Translations under genes and position numbers: made by a program | Assembly (NCBI GenBank): GCA_963748625.1 | Contig: CAVVJT010000010.1 | Location: 1,312,001-1,376,000, forward strand | DNA length: 64,000 bases | From: an uncultured Chloroflexia bacterium | GTDB lineage: Bacteria > Chloroflexota > Limnocylindria > Limnocylindrales > CSP1-4 | Reading direction: 5' to 3' | Shown: positions 15,400-26,352 of the stretch, piece by piece | Layout: every line of letters starts with the position of its first letter | Position numbering within the stretch: the stretch's first letter is position 1 | The notes under the pieces: model-generated | What the model was told of the DNA's origin: nothing | Seen by the model: the letters and a program-made list of their open reading frames with translations, nothing else | Databases searched by the model: none

Positions 15400-16827
15400 A
15401 TGACTACCGACCCTGCTGCCACCCCGGCTGCCACCCCGGCCACCCGCATCGAGCGGGACTCCATGGGCGAGATGGAGGTTCCCGCGGACGCCCTGTACGG
15501 CGCCTCCACCCAGCGTGCCGTCCTCAACTTCCCGATCTCAGGCCAGCGGATGCCGCGCCGGTTCCTGCGCGCCCTGGCGCTCGTGAAGCTGGCCGCCGCG
15601 GAGACGAATGCCGGGCTGGGCCTGATCGACGCCCCCAAGGCCGCCGCCATCGCCTTCGCCGCGCGCGAGGTTGCCGAGGGCCGGTACGACGAGCACTTCC
15701 CGATCGACGTCTACCAGACGGGATCGGGCACCTCGACGAACACGAACATGAACGAGGTGATCTCGCATCTTGCATCGGCACGCCTGGGCGGGGCCAAGGT
15801 CCACCCCAACGACGACGTCAACAAGTGCCAGTCCTCCAACGACACGATCCCGACGGCGCTGCAGCTGTCGGGCGCGATCGCGATCGAGGAGGAGCTGATC
15901 CCGGCGCTCATCGACCTGCAGGGCGCCCTGGCGGCCAAGGCTGACGAGTTCTGGGGCGTTGTCAAGACCGGCCGAACGCACCTGCAGGACGCCACGCCGA
16001 TCCGCCTGGGCCAGGAGTTCGCGGGCTATGCGGGCCAGGTCGAGGAGGCGATCCGCCGGGCACAGGCCGCGCGCGACGAGCTCCTCGTGGTGCCGCTGGG
16101 CGGGACCGCGGTAGGGACGGGCATCAACGCCCACCCGGAGTACGCGGCCCGGGCCTGCGGCCACCTCTCCGAGCTGACCGGCCTCCTCGTCCGCGAGACG
16201 TCGAACCACTTCCATGCCCAGGCAGCGCTGGATGCACCGATCGCGGCGCACGGTGGCCTGCGCGCGATCGCGCTGGGCCTGTGGAAGATCGCGTCGGACA
16301 TCCGGTTCATGGGCATGGGCCCGCGCGCCGGCCTTGCCGAGCTTGCGCTGCCGGAGACGCAGCCGGGCTCCTCGATCATGCCGGGCAAGGTGAACCCGGT
16401 CATCGTCGAGTCGCTCACGATGGTCGTCGCACGGGTGATCGGCAACGACGCCACCGTCGCCTTCGGCCAGACGGGATCGTTCCTCGAGCTCAACGTGATG
16501 ATGCCGGTGACGGCCCAGGCGCTCCTGGAGTCGATCGCGCTGCTCGCGGCCTCGGCACGCAACTTCAAGGTGAAGCTCGTCGACGGGCTGAAGGCCACCG
16601 AGCGCGGGCCGCAGCTGGTGGAGCAGGGCCTGATGCTGGCGACGGCGCTCGCGCCCGAGATCGGCTACGACGCGGCCGCCGCGATGGCCAAGGAGGGCTT
16701 CAAGAGCGGGCGCACGATCCGGGAAATGGCGCTCGAGAGAGGCATTCCTGCCGACAGGCTCGACGAGCTCCTGGACCCGCTCAAGATGACGGAGCCGGGG
16801 CTCGGTGGCGGATCAGCCGGAGGCTGA
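15400..16827 (+). CDS. fumC: Class II fumarate hydratase
   Basis: RIERDSMGE, QTGSGTSTNTNMNEVI, GRTHLQDATP and GSSIMPGKVNP. Confidence 0.95.
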   Translation: MTTDPAATPAATPATRIERDSMGEMEVPADALYGASTQRAVLNFPISGQRMPRRFLRALALVKLAAAETNAGLGLIDAPKAAAIAFAAREVAEGRYDEHFPIDVYQTGSGTSTNTNMNEVISHLASARLGGAKVHPNDDVNKCQSSNDTIPTALQLSGAIAIEEELIPALIDLQGALAAKADEFWGVVKTGRTHLQDATPIRLGQEFAGYAGQVEEAIRRAQAARDELLVVPLGGTAVGTGINAHPEYAARACGHLSELTGLLVRETSNHFHAQAALDAPIAAHGGLRAIALGLWKIASDIRFMGMGPRAGLAELALPETQPGSSIMPGKVNPVIVESLTMVVARVIGNDATVAFGQTGSFLELNVMMPVTAQALLESIALLAASARNFKVKLVDGLKATERGPQLVEQGLMLATALAPEIGYDAAAAMAKEGFKSGRTIREMALERGIPADRLDELLDPLKMTEPGLGGGSAGG

Positions 16828-16892
16828 CTCGGCCGGCGGGGCTGACGGCTCGCCAGTGGGCGCCGGGCGGACGGGGCGGCCCTCCCGCTCGA

Positions 16893-17323
16893 CTACTCGG
16901 CCGTGATCGTCCCGACCATGTTCGGGTGGATGGTGCAGACGAACGGGTAGGCGCCCGCGGCGAGGGCAGGAACGGCGACCTGGACCATCATCGGCCCCGT
17001 GATGATCTCGCTCACGGCGAGGTCGTTGCCGTTGGCGTCCCTGACCACGATGTCGTGCGGGATGCCCTGGTCCTTGTTGTCGAAGATGATCGTGAACGCC
17101 TGGTCCGCCGGCACCGTGACGGCGGCAGGCTCGAAGGCGATGTTGATCGCGACGATGCGCGTCCCGGGCGCCTCGGAGCCGCCGACGGGGGTCGGATCGC
17201 GGCGGACGGCGCGGTGACCGGCGGGATCGTGGGAACGGCGGAGCCACCACAGGCGGCGAGTGCCAGCGAGGCGAGCAGGAGGAGCGCCGCGACACGCGCC
17301 GGGCGACGGGATGACATGTGCAT
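16893..17323 (-). CDS. Cupredoxin-domain lipoprotein (frameshift at about 17198)
   Basis: Leader MHMSSRR...LALAACGG is in one frame; the Cu-site segments IPHDI and YPFVCTIHPNMVGTI are in the adjacent frame. Confidence 0.75.
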
Positions 17324-17380
17324 GCCCACAGGGTTCGGCCGATCGGGCACAACCGTCAAATCCACCCCTGCGTATGCTCC

Positions 17381-17432
17381 CTGCCTGCACGTCCCGAGCT
17401 GCCTGCACGTCCCGAACTGCCTGCACGTCCCC
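17381..17432 (+). repeat. 18-bp tandem repeat, 3 copies (ctgcctgcacgtcccga)
   Basis: Directly visible in the divergent intergenic region. Confidence 0.9.
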
Positions 17433-17449
17433 AGCACGAGGTCCCGCTG

Positions 17450-18118
17450 ATGTTCGACCCGATTCCGCCCAGCGAGTTCCTGGCCTCCGACGGTGTCGAG
17501 GACTGGCGCATCCTGGGCGACGGCATCTGCGCCTTCTTCACCACCGCCTCGTACGAGGCGGCAGCGCGATTCGCGGCGGCGATCGGCGCGCTCCCGGGGG
17601 TCGAGGACCGGCCGCCGGCGGTGGACATCCGGGCGACCGGCGTGACGATCCGCCTGATCTCCGCGCGCGACGACTGGTTCGGTCCCAGCCGCCAGGACGC
17701 CGACCTCGCGCGGGAGATCTCGCGAGTCGCCCGCGACATGGGCCTGGGCACGGCGCCCGAGCGCATGCAGAGCGTGCTGGTGGTCCCGGGCGCGTCCGAC
17801 ATCGCGGCCATCACGCCCTTCTGGCGCGCGGCGCTCGGCTACGAGCCGCGCCGGGACAGCCCCGACGAGGACCTCGTGGATCCCGCCGACCGGGGGCCCG
17901 CGTTCTGGTTCGAGGGGATGGACGAACCCCGTGCCGACGGGCTCGGCGCGATCCACGTCGCTGTCTGGGTGCCGCTCGAGGTGGCGGAAGCCCGGGTCGC
18001 GGCGGCACTGGCGGCGGGAGGCCACCTCGTGCGTGCCACGCACGCGCCGGCCTGGTGGACGCTGGCCGACGCCGCCGGCAACGAGGTGGACATCGCCACG
18101 ATCGCCGAGCGCGGCTGA
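17450..18118 (+). CDS. Pterin-4a-carbinolamine dehydratase-like + glyoxalase/VOC domain protein
   Basis: N-terminal PCD-like DWRIL...VDIRATGVTIRL...DADLAREIS; C-terminal FWRAALGY, IHVAVWV and WWTLADAAGNEVD. Confidence 0.8.
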   Translation: MFDPIPPSEFLASDGVEDWRILGDGICAFFTTASYEAAARFAAAIGALPGVEDRPPAVDIRATGVTIRLISARDDWFGPSRQDADLAREISRVARDMGLGTAPERMQSVLVVPGASDIAAITPFWRAALGYEPRRDSPDEDLVDPADRGPAFWFEGMDEPRADGLGAIHVAVWVPLEVAEARVAAALAAGGHLVRATHAPAWWTLADAAGNEVDIATIAERG

Positions 18119-18385
18119 ACGGTCGGGCGAGCCGGGGCTCGTCCCGCCCCCTGGCGACGGGGGCACTGGCGCAGCCCGTGAGGCGGACTCCCTCCCGCCC
18201 ACCGGGCCTTGTGTGCGGAGTTCTGCGCAACCGTCCCGCCCGGCGGGCAGCCGAGGCCGCAGCCGGCCGTTTCGACCCGGATCGTGCCGCTGGGCGGGCC
18301 AGACGTGCAGGTTCCCGTACGGAGTGCCCGCTGGGCGGCAGGCGATGGGACCTGCAGCTTGCAGGCCGTGGGGCTTGCAGGCCGG

Positions 18386-18468
18386 GGGGTCGGGTCGCCC
18401 GGGGTCGGGTCGCCCGGGGTCGGGTCGCCCGGGGTCGGGTCGCCCGGGGTCGGGTCGCCCGACCCGAC
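18386..18468 (+). repeat. 15-bp tandem repeat, 5 copies (ggggtcgggtcgccc), ending in an inverted copy
   Basis: Five exact units at 18386-18460, followed by gacccgac, the reverse complement of gtcgggtc. Confidence 0.92.
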
Positions 18469-18514
18469 GCATGACACCTGTCCGCGACCGGCCCGTGCGG
18501 CTACAATCCGCGCC

Positions 18515-19298
18515 ATGTCCGCCACCCGCGCCTGGGACCGCGCAGGTTCCCTCCCCGTCCCCACTGCCGGCCGCCCCAAGCCCGAGATCGCCGCCCTCGG
18601 CGCCAGCCCTCCCGGCCGTGGCCGATCTCTTCACGTTCATGCGCGACGCCGAACTCCGCTTCGGCACCCTGCGCATGCGCATCGAGGAACACGCCTGGAC
18701 CGCCCGCGGCGAGGAGGTCACCACCTTGGACGTGCTGCTCCGCCATCCCGGCGAGGCCCGGGTCCGGGTCAGCTCATCGGTGGGGGCGATTGACGACAAC
18801 TACGAGCTCTGGATGAGCGATGGCACCACCGTCCGCCAGTACCACGCCTCGCGCAACACCGGCACCCAGCGCCCTGTGCGCTCGGGTGTCCGCGGCACCA
18901 ACGGCCCGGACCTCCCGGCCTCCAGCCACCAGTACCGCCCGGTGACGCCGCTGCTGGCGGAGTCGCTGCCGGACCTGTTCATCCACCCCGCCGGCTACTG
19001 CCAGAACGTGCTGGCCACCGGCGCTTGCCGGATCACCGGCACCACGAGCGTCGCAGGCCGCGAGGCGATCGTGGTGGAGTGCGATCACCCGCGCACCGTC
19101 GAGGTCATGGCGGACCGCCCGGACTTCGCCGTCCGCATCGCGGTGGACCGCCGCGACGGCGTCATCCTGCGCCTCGAGGAGTCCCTCGGCGGCCAGGTCA
19201 CCCGCGACGCGGTGGTGACGTCGTACCAGCCGGACGCCGCGCTGTCCGGGCGGGACTTCGACTTCACGTTCCCGGACGGAACCACCTTCGTCTACTAG
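18515..19298 (+). CDS. Conserved hypothetical protein, LolA/RseB-like fold (probable frameshift at about 18600)
   Basis: ATG 18515 gives MSATRAWDR..., continuing as [18 protein letters not shown] in another frame. [33 protein letters not shown] and DFDFTFPDG are LolA-like segments. Confidence 0.6.
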
Positions 19299-19412
19299 CC
19301 CGGCCGGCGGCCCGCGAGTCGCAGAGCGAGGGGATCGCCGCGACGGTCGCTTGTCGCTACCATTCCGTTCGCGCGACTGCCGGCCGGCACGCGCACACGA
19401 GGGAGAGGGACG

Positions 19413-20396
19413 ATGTCCGCCAAGAAGTCCACAGAGTCCGACGAGCGCGCGGCGCCGGCTGCAGACGAGCCCGCGGCGCCGGCGCCCGACGACATCGTGG
19501 CGGCGGCCGAGGCTGTCGACGACCTGGACGACGACCAGGACAAGGCAGGCACCTTCAGCGGCGAGCAGGTGGACCCGGGCCAGCGGCGGATCGCCATCGG
19601 CGTCGACGTGGGCGGATCGGGCATCAAGGCGGCCGCCGTGGACCTGGACACGGGTGATCTCATCGGGCCCCGGCACCGCGTTCCCACGCCACAGCCCTCG
19701 TCGCCTGCGGCGGTCATGGCCTCCATCGGGCGGCTCGTCAAGAAGATCGGTGCCGAGGTCAAGCTCGCGCCCGACACGGCGGTCGGCGTGGGCTTTCCGG
19801 CGGTCGTGATCGACGGCGTGACCAAGAGCGCGGCGAATGTCGATCCGGGCTGGATGGATTTCGATGCCGACGGCGCCCTGGAACGGGTGCTCGGCCGGCC
19901 CGTGCACCTGGTGAACGACGCGGACGCCGCGGGCGTGGCCGAGATGCGCTTCGGTGCGGGCGTCGGCCAGCGTGGCACCGTGTTCCTCATCACCCTTGGT
20001 ACCGGGACGGGGTCGGCCCTCTTCCGCAACGGCCTGCTCGTGCCCAACCTGGAGCTCGGGCACATGGAGATCCGGGGACGCGATGCGGAGCGCCGTTCCG
20101 CGGCGGTGGCCCGCATCAGGCGCGGGCTGTCATGGAAGGCGTGGGCGGCCGACCTCGACGAGCACCTGGTGGCCATCGAGAAGCTGTTCTCGCCGAAGCT
20201 GTTCATCATCGGCGGGGGCGTCTCCAAGCGGTCGGACCGGTTCATCCCCCGGCTCACCGTGCGCGCCGCCGTGGTTCCGGCCAGGCTCCTCAATGATGCC
20301 GGGATCGTGGGCGCGGCCATGGCAGCGGCCGAGCAGGAGGTCGACAGGGCCGAGCAAGCCGAGCTGGGGGCCGACAGGGCCGGCCAGGCCGACTGA
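19413..20396 (+). CDS. ppgK: Polyphosphate glucokinase (ROK family)
   Basis: [37 protein letters not shown] and NDAGIVGAA. Confidence 0.9.
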   Translation: MSAKKSTESDERAAPAADEPAAPAPDDIVAAAEAVDDLDDDQDKAGTFSGEQVDPGQRRIAIGVDVGGSGIKAAAVDLDTGDLIGPRHRVPTPQPSSPAAVMASIGRLVKKIGAEVKLAPDTAVGVGFPAVVIDGVTKSAANVDPGWMDFDADGALERVLGRPVHLVNDADAAGVAEMRFGAGVGQRGTVFLITLGTGTGSALFRNGLLVPNLELGHMEIRGRDAERRSAAVARIRRGLSWKAWAADLDEHLVAIEKLFSPKLFIIGGGVSKRSDRFIPRLTVRAAVVPARLLNDAGIVGAAMAAAEQEVDRAEQAELGADRAGQAD

Positions 20397-20449
20397 CGCT
20401 CCGGGCTGGCCTTCCGACGCCCAGCCCCCGCATCCTTGGAGTCGAAACT

Positions 20450-20522
20450 CATCCGCACAAGGATGGTTTGGCGGATCCATCCGTGCAGGATTGTTGGCCG
20501 AGTCCATCCGCGCAGGGATGGA
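20450..20522. repeat. Three degenerate hairpin units (catcc-N6/7-ggat) between convergent genes
   Basis: catccgcacaaggatg / catccgtgcaggattg / catccgcgcagggatg, with a period of about 27-28 bp. Confidence 0.6.
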
Positions 20523-20564
20523 ATCGCGGGGTGGGCGTGAGCCGGCGGCCTCAGCTGCGGGCGA

Positions 20565-21617
20565 TCAGCTCCGGGTGCTCAGCACCGTGAGCGCCTCGGT
20601 CGAGCCGGAGGCGATCACGCTCTCGCCCACGCGGATGGTCCGCGTCTCGGGCGGGTTTGCCTCGTAGGCCCCGTCCTCCTGCAGGATCGCCAGGGTCACG
20701 ATGCCATCGGCGCGCAGCTCGCCCACCGTGACACCCGCCAACGGGCTCTCCTCGTCCACCGCCACCTCCTCCAGCGAGAAGGACAGGTTGCCGTGTGAGA
20801 GGGCGGCATCGATGTAGTCCACGACGCGGGGCCGGATGGCGAGCTCGGCGATCCGCCGGCCGGCCATCGTGTACGGGGAGACCACGCGCTGGGCGCCGGC
20901 CTGGACGAGCTTCGCCTCCGAGCCGCCGGTGTTGGCCCGGGCAACGATGAACAGGCCGGGATTCATGCCCCGCGCCGTCAGCGTCACATAGACGTTGTTC
21001 GCGTCGGAGTCGATGGTGGTGATCAGTCCCCGGGCCGCTTCCACCCCGGCCATCCGCAGCGTCTCATCGAGCGTGGCATCACCCTGGACGATGAGGTGGC
21101 CGTCCGCGGCCGCACGCTCCAGGGACTCCGGCAGGATGTCGATCACGACCAGACGCTGGCCCGTATGGACCAGCTCCCGCGCCACGGTGGATCCGACCCG
21201 GCCGTAGCCGCAGACGATGTAGTGGCCCCGTAGCGCCGCCACGGCCTCCGCCATCCGCTTCGCCTCCCGCCGCCCGCTGGCAGCCTCGCTGATGATGGTC
21301 TCGGCCACGATGCCGATGGACCCGAAGATGATGCCCACGCCCGCGACCGCGAGCAGCATCGTCCAGAGCCGCTCGGGGAACGTCGTGAGGTCGTGGACCT
21401 CCTTGAAGCCCACCGTCGTCAGCGTGATCGCCGTCATGTAGATCGCGTCGCTGAACGACCAGCTGAAGAAGACGATGTAGCCCAGCGCGCCCGCGATCGT
21501 GACCGTGATCACCGCGATGATCCAGGACCGCACGTGGCTTCCCCGAACGGCGTCCGCCAGCGCGTGCCGGAGGGCGCCGTACGGCGAGGTGCGTGTCCGG
21601 GCGGGCGTGCGGGCCAT
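20565..21617 (-). CDS. Potassium channel protein with TrkA-N/TrkA-C (RCK) domains
   Basis: Pore motif TLTTVGF; [11 protein letters not shown] and GDAT. Confidence 0.92.
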   Translation of the reverse strand: MARTPARTRTSPYGALRHALADAVRGSHVRSWIIAVITVTIAGALGYIVFFSWSFSDAIYMTAITLTTVGFKEVHDLTTFPERLWTMLLAVAGVGIIFGSIGIVAETIISEAASGRREAKRMAEAVAALRGHYIVCGYGRVGSTVARELVHTGQRLVVIDILPESLERAAADGHLIVQGDATLDETLRMAGVEAARGLITTIDSDANNVYVTLTARGMNPGLFIVARANTGGSEAKLVQAGAQRVVSPYTMAGRRIAELAIRPRVVDYIDAALSHGNLSFSLEEVAVDEESPLAGVTVGELRADGIVTLAILQEDGAYEANPPETRTIRVGESVIASGSTEALTVLSTRS

Positions 21618-21742
21618 GGCCCGATGCTAACAGCGCCCTCCCGCGTCGAGAGGGCCATCCGGCGCAGATCGACAGGCCCCCCGGGCGGTCCGGCGGCGGC
21701 TTCCGGGCCGGTCCAGCCCGATGTCCCCGATAATCACCCGAC

Positions 21743-23569
21743 GTGCCGACCCTGCCCGACCTGACATTGGCCATCAGCCCCGAGCTCCGGTTCATCCTGA
21801 ACCTCGGCGTCGCTGTCGCGCTCGCCCTCGCCGGCGGCGCTGTCGCGATCCGGTTGCGCCAGCCGCCCATCGTGGGCTACCTCGTGGCGGGCGTCATCAT
21901 CGGCCCGTTCACGCCGGGGTTCGTGGGCGACCACGAGCAGATCGCCCAGCTGGCCGAGCTCGGGATCGTGCTGCTCCTGTTCGCGTTGGGCGTGGAGTTC
22001 TCCCTGCGCGAGCTGGCGCGGGTGCGGCGCGTCGTCGTCCCGGGTGCCATCGCGCAGATCGTGGTGACCACGCTGGTCGCCGGGGCCGTGGGGATCCCGC
22101 TGGGGCTGGACCCCCTGTCGGCAATCGTGGTCGGATCCGCGGTGGCGATCAGCTCCACGCTCGTCGTGCTCAAGATCCTGGTCGAGCGGGGCGAGCTCGA
22201 TGCCCTCCACGGGCGGACGGCCATCGGCTGGATGATCGTGCAGGACCTCGCGACCATCGTGCTCATCGCGCTCCTGGAGCCGCTTGCGGGCGGCGACGTC
22301 GCCCTCCCGCTGCTGTTCGCGCTGCTGCGCACGATCGCCTTCCTGGGCCTCGCCTACGTCGTGGGCACGCGCCTCCTGCCGGGCCTGTTCCGCGCGGTCA
22401 GCCGCCTCGGTTCCCCGGAGCTGTTCCTGCTGTCCGTGTTCGCCACGGCGCTCCTGGCGGCGTTCGTGTCCAGCGCCGTGTTCGGCCTCTCGCTCGCGCT
22501 TGGTGCCTTCGTCGCGGGCATCGTCATCTCGGAGTCGGATCTCGCCCACCAGGCGGCGGGCGTGATCACGCCCTTCCGCGATCTCTTTGCGGTGCTGTTC
22601 TTCGTCTCGGTGGGCATGCTGCTCGACCCGGCGGCGCTGGCCGCCGACGCGCCTGCGGTCGTGGTCCTGCTGGTGGTGACGATGGCCGCGAAGGCGGGGA
22701 CGAGCGCCCTGTTCGGGCGCCTCCTGGGACTGCCGCTGCGCAGCGCGATCCTCCTCGGTGCGCTCATCGCGCAGGCGGGCGAGTTCAGCTTCCTGCTCGC
22801 AGCCCAGGCGCTGCACCTGGACCTGATCGACACACGGGCCTACAACCTCGTCCTGGGGACTGCCGTGCTGAGCATCGTCCTCACCCCTGCCCTCGTGCGG
22901 GGAGCCGTGGCGCTCGTGGAGCGCCTTGAGCACCGCGCCGTGGCGGTCGAGCCACCCGTGCCCGGCAGCACGCCCGCGTCGCGCGGAGAGCGCGTGCTCG
23001 ATGACGAGGAGGGCAGGGGCCGGACCTCCGTCGTGGTCCTCGGCGGCGGGCGCGTCGGCGCCATCGTGGTCCGGGCGATCCGGGCCCGCGGCTTCCGGTG
23101 CGTGGTGGTGGACCGCGACCAGCGCGCTCTCGACACGCTCGCGACGCTGGGGGCGGCGACGCTGTTCGGCGATGCCGCCAACCCGGCGATCCTGCATCGC
23201 GTGGGCCTCGAGCGGGCGCGCCTCGTCGTCGTGGCGATCGGCGACCCGCTCACCGCCCGGCTCGCGGTCGAACGGGTCCGGGCGATCAACCCGAAGCTCC
23301 CGGTGATCGCGCGGGCACGAGGACGGAGCGAGATCGCGAGCCTCCAGGAGCTCGGGGTGTCCCGGGTCGCCGACCCGGAGCTGGAGGCCGGGCTGGAGCT
23401 GACCCGCGCCTCGCTCGCCCGCATGGGCGTGTCCGGACCCGAGCAGACCGCCATCGTGCTGGGCATCCGGCGGCGGACATACGGGGTCGCGGCGGGTGCG
23501 GCGTCCAGCTCCGGCTCCGAGGAGCGCGGACCGACCCCGACGCAGCCGGACGCGGACGCGGCGCCCTGA
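21743..23569 (+). CDS. Cation:proton antiporter (CPA2, KefC/YbaL-like) with TrkA-N domain
   Basis: GYLVAGVIIGPFTPG, SSTLVVLKIL, IVQD, FFVSVGM, QAGEFSF and a C-terminal GGGRVG/FGDAANP. Confidence 0.93.
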   Translation: MPTLPDLTLAISPELRFILNLGVAVALALAGGAVAIRLRQPPIVGYLVAGVIIGPFTPGFVGDHEQIAQLAELGIVLLLFALGVEFSLRELARVRRVVVPGAIAQIVVTTLVAGAVGIPLGLDPLSAIVVGSAVAISSTLVVLKILVERGELDALHGRTAIGWMIVQDLATIVLIALLEPLAGGDVALPLLFALLRTIAFLGLAYVVGTRLLPGLFRAVSRLGSPELFLLSVFATALLAAFVSSAVFGLSLALGAFVAGIVISESDLAHQAAGVITPFRDLFAVLFFVSVGMLLDPAALAADAPAVVVLLVVTMAAKAGTSALFGRLLGLPLRSAILLGALIAQAGEFSFLLAAQALHLDLIDTRAYNLVLGTAVLSIVLTPALVRGAVALVERLEHRAVAVEPPVPGSTPASRGERVLDDEEGRGRTSVVVLGGGRVGAIVVRAIRARGFRCVVVDRDQRALDTLATLGAATLFGDAANPAILHRVGLERARLVVVAIGDPLTARLAVERVRAINPKLPVIARARGRSEIASLQELGVSRVADPELEAGLELTRASLARMGVSGPEQTAIVLGIRRRTYGVAAGAASSSGSEERGPTPTQPDADAAP

Positions 23570-23635
23570 GCCTGGGCCGGCGTGTGCTTGCGCGCACGCC
23601 TGGGCGGATCACGCCGGGCGACAGGCGGGCCCGGT

Positions 23636-24331
23636 TCAGGACGACGCGGGCCGGTGGAGCGCCTCGGGCCGGTGGAAGGCGTCGGGAAGCGGCAGCTCCG
23701 GGTGGCGCGACGCCAGCCAGTCGCACAGCGCGAACCAGCTCGTGGTGAACGCGATCTCGGGCCACGGGATGGCGTCGGGGCGGTAGGCACGCACCTCGAG
23801 CGTCTCCGGACTCGTGATCGGCACGCCGCCCACGATGCGGGCCTCGAAGACCAAGGTGACCACGCCCGCCTCCAGGCGTGCGTACATGCCGACCAGCGCG
23901 CCGGGCTCCACGATGAGCCCGGTCTCCTCGAGCGTCTCGCGGATCGCGCCCTCGGTGACGGTCTCGTCAATCTCCAGGAAGCCGCCGGGCTGCGCCCAGG
24001 ACCCGTAGCCCGGCTCGATGCCGCGGCGGATCAGGACGATGTCGCCCTCGTCCGTGATCGGCAGGGTGGTCACCACCATCCGCGGGTTCACGTAGGCGAT
24101 GAAGCCGCACGACGGGCACTCCAGGCGCGGACGGTGCTCGCCGTCGGGGACGCGTTCATCGAGGCCGCTGCCGCAGCGGGTGCAGTGCTTGAGCGAGGCA
24201 GCGATCCAGCGCGGCGTCCCACCCCCGGACGCGATGTCGGTGGAGCGCCCGTCGGGACCGCGGCCGAGGGCAGCGGCGGCGCGCAGCTCATCGTCGTCCG
24301 GGCGACGCTCCGAGTACTGGCGATCGGGCAT
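23636..24331 (-). CDS. NUDIX hydrolase with N-terminal zinc ribbon
   Basis: CTRCG...CPSCG zinc ribbon; Nudix box PGGFLEIDETVTEGAIRETLEETGL. Confidence 0.92.
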   Translation of the reverse strand: MPDRQYSERRPDDDELRAAAALGRGPDGRSTDIASGGGTPRWIAASLKHCTRCGSGLDERVPDGEHRPRLECPSCGFIAYVNPRMVVTTLPITDEGDIVLIRRGIEPGYGSWAQPGGFLEIDETVTEGAIRETLEETGLIVEPGALVGMYARLEAGVVTLVFEARIVGGVPITSPETLEVRAYRPDAIPWPEIAFTTSWFALCDWLASRHPELPLPDAFHRPEALHRPASS

Positions 24332-24333
24332 GG

Positions 24334-24840
24334 TCAGGCGCCCAACACGAGCACGGTGGCGACCACGATGAGCGCCAGGAAGATCACGGCCACCAGCACC
24401 CAGGTGAGCCGGAAGAGGCCGCGGCCGCGGTCCACGGGCATCCACGCCCAGGCGGAGCGCCAGATCCGCAGCGTGGCGTCGGCTGTGGTGACCAGGAGCA
24501 GCGGCGCGGCGAGCAGCACGCACAGCTTCACGATCGGGCTGCCGAGGCCTGCGCCCAGCTCCAACGCGGTGATCGCGATGGCGCCCAGCACGAGGGCGGG
24601 AGCCGACAGCAGGACGAAGTGCTTCTGAAGCGGCGTGGGCTTGGTCTCAGGGACGCTTCGAGGAGGCAGGCCGCGAAGGCTCTCGGGTACGGGGGTCGCG
24701 CCGAAGGGTCCCGCCGCCGACGTGGCGCCGGCCGCAGTGGCTGCCCCTCCGGCCGCTCCGCCCACGCCGGTCAGCACAGGTTCGGGGATCGCCTGCCGGT
24801 CCAGCACCGGCATGCCGGGCTCCCAGCGCTCGTCGTCCAT
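24334..24840 (-). CDS. Hypothetical membrane protein (3 TM)
   Basis: GC-biased ORF with three hydrophobic segments, 2 bp from the NUDIX start. Confidence 0.7.
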   Translation of the reverse strand: MDDERWEPGMPVLDRQAIPEPVLTGVGGAAGGAATAAGATSAAGPFGATPVPESLRGLPPRSVPETKPTPLQKHFVLLSAPALVLGAIAITALELGAGLGSPIVKLCVLLAAPLLLVTTADATLRIWRSAWAWMPVDRGRGLFRLTWVLVAVIFLALIVVATVLVLGA

Positions 24841-24884
24841 CGGTGGAGTCTATCGGCTCGCCGCCGGTGACCGCCTGTCCTGCA

Positions 24885-24990
24885 CCTCGCCCCGGCGTCA
24901 AGCCTGCGCCTCGCCCGGCCGTCCAGCCTGCGCCTCGCCCGGCCGTCCAGCCTGCGACTCGCCCCGGCCGTCCAGCCTGCGACTCGCCCC
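24885..24990 (+). repeat. About 24-bp tandem repeat, 4 copies (cctcgcccggccgtccagcctgcg)
   Basis: Directly visible; runs into the left TIR at 24985. Confidence 0.85.
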
Positions 24991-25095
24991 ACGTGTGGGC
25001 CATTTCCCGAGGTTCTGAGCGTGGTCCGGGCATGGAAGTCGGGGTTTGCCACGCAGACCGTGCGTGAGCGACGCGGATTCGCCCCCCACAAGCTC

Positions 25096-26130
25096 CTATG
25101 GTTTGTCAAGCCGGGGCAGCCACTCGACGGCGCCTTGTTCGAGCAGGCGGAACACGGCCCGCGAGATCCGGTGCTTGAGGCACCGGAGCGCCTCTGCCCA
25201 TGACTTGCCCGCCAGCTGCTTGCGCTCCATATAGGCCTTCGCGGGCGGGTGGTGCAGGGACTGCGAGAGGGCGACCGTGTAGAGCGCCCGGTTGAGCCGG
25301 CGGTTGCCGCCCCGGTTCAGGCGCATCCGCTGGACCTGCCCGGAGCTCGCCGGGATCGGGGCGACGCCCGCCAGCATCGCGAAGGCGTCGGGCGAGCGGA
25401 ACCGGGCGACATCGCCCGTCTCGGCCACCAGGCGGGCCGCGGTGACCGGTCCGACGCCGGGCAGCGCGAGGAGCGGGTGCCCGGCGACCCGCGCGGCGAT
25501 CTGCTGCTCGATCCCGTCCGCCTCGGCGCCCAGCCGGCGTACCTCGGCCAGGAGCCTGCGGGCGAGGTCCGCGCGGGTCCCCGCCATCGGGGCGAGCGCG
25601 GCCTCGATCGCGGCCAGCTGGCGCTGGGTGACGAGGCGCGCAGCGGTGCGGGCGTATCCCGGCAGCAGCACGACCAGGTGGGCGTGGAGCCGGTTGCGGG
25701 CCTGGACCCGTGCGACGACGACCACCTCTCGCGCGTCCGAGAGCAGGCCGAGGTCCTCCGCCAGGCCGCCGAGCCGGACCGGCGGCAGGTCGGGCTCGCG
25801 CTGGGTCACCCGGGCGATCGCGAGGGCATCACCCGGGTCGCTCTTGCCGGCGCGACGAGTGCGCGTCCGTTCCCGGCGGCTCAGGTGCGGCGGGGTCTCC
25901 CGGACGTCCACCCCGGCGGCGGCGAGGGCGCGGGCCGCCGGGGCGCCGTACGAGGACGAGCCCTCCACGCCGACGAGGGTGCCGGGGCCGAGGCCCCCGA
26001 CCCAGGCGACGAGCGCCGCCAGCCCCTCGGGGTCGCAGGCGAACTCCCGCTCGTCGACCGCCGTCCCGACGCCGTCGACCGCGCACGCGGCGAGCGTGCG
26101 CTTGTGCGTGTCGATCCCCACCACTGCCAT
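25096..26130 (-). CDS. IS110 family transposase/recombinase
   Basis: DEDD RuvC-like motifs VGIDTHK, VGVEG and KSDPGDA; Tnp domain LPGVGPVTAA, AGVAPIPASSG and RGGNRRLNRALY; RBS ggagg upstream. Confidence 0.97.
   Translation of the reverse strand: MAVVGIDTHKRTLAACAVDGVGTAVDEREFACDPEGLAALVAWVGGLGPGTLVGVEGSSSYGAPAARALAAAGVDVRETPPHLSRRERTRTRRAGKSDPGDALAIARVTQREPDLPPVRLGGLAEDLGLLSDAREVVVVARVQARNRLHAHLVVLLPGYARTAARLVTQRQLAAIEAALAPMAGTRADLARRLLAEVRRLGAEADGIEQQIAARVAGHPLLALPGVGPVTAARLVAETGDVARFRSPDAFAMLAGVAPIPASSGQVQRMRLNRGGNRRLNRALYTVALSQSLHHPPAKAYMERKQLAGKSWAEALRCLKHRISRAVFRLLEQGAVEWLPRLDKP
25104..25109 (-). promoter_or_regulatory. Outward-facing -35 hexamer TTGACA at the IS110 right end (circle-junction promoter half)
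   Basis: Perfect TTGACA 13 bp from the element end. On circularisation it lies 17 bp upstream of TAACTC in the left end, which is only a weak -10 match. Confidence 0.6.
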
Positions 26131-26149
26131 GCCGTGTCCTCCGTGCGTA

Positions 26150-26330
26150 CGATGGGCGCGGGCCGGCCGGGCAGCAGTGCGTTGAGGTTGAAGGCCACGC
26201 TCCTATGAGGCCACGGCCGGCCCGCTCGCTCCCGGGATGGGGGCACTTGTGGGGCAGGCCACCTTGCGGGGCACGTGGGGCAGGGCCAACCCATCCCGTT
26301 CGCGAGCACCTTCCCACACCCGGAGAAGGC
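26150..26330 (-). ncRNA. IS110 bridge RNA (target-binding and donor-binding loops)
   Basis: Stem cgggatggg/cccatcccg encloses gccccacgtg and gccccacaag, which match the target flanks. Stem gcgggccggccg/cggccggcccgc encloses cataggagcgtg and acgcac, which match the element ends. Confidence 0.8.
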
Positions 26331-26352
26331 CTGACGAGTTACGCACGTGGGG

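Larger units (their letters stand above)
25091..26345 (-). mobile_element. IS110-family insertion sequence (about 1255 bp; core dinucleotide TG on the minus strand)
   Basis: Recombinase ORF plus about 215-bp non-coding left end and no TIRs. Junctions on the minus strand are gccccacg-TG-cgtaac and cataggagct-TG-tggggg. Confidence 0.88.
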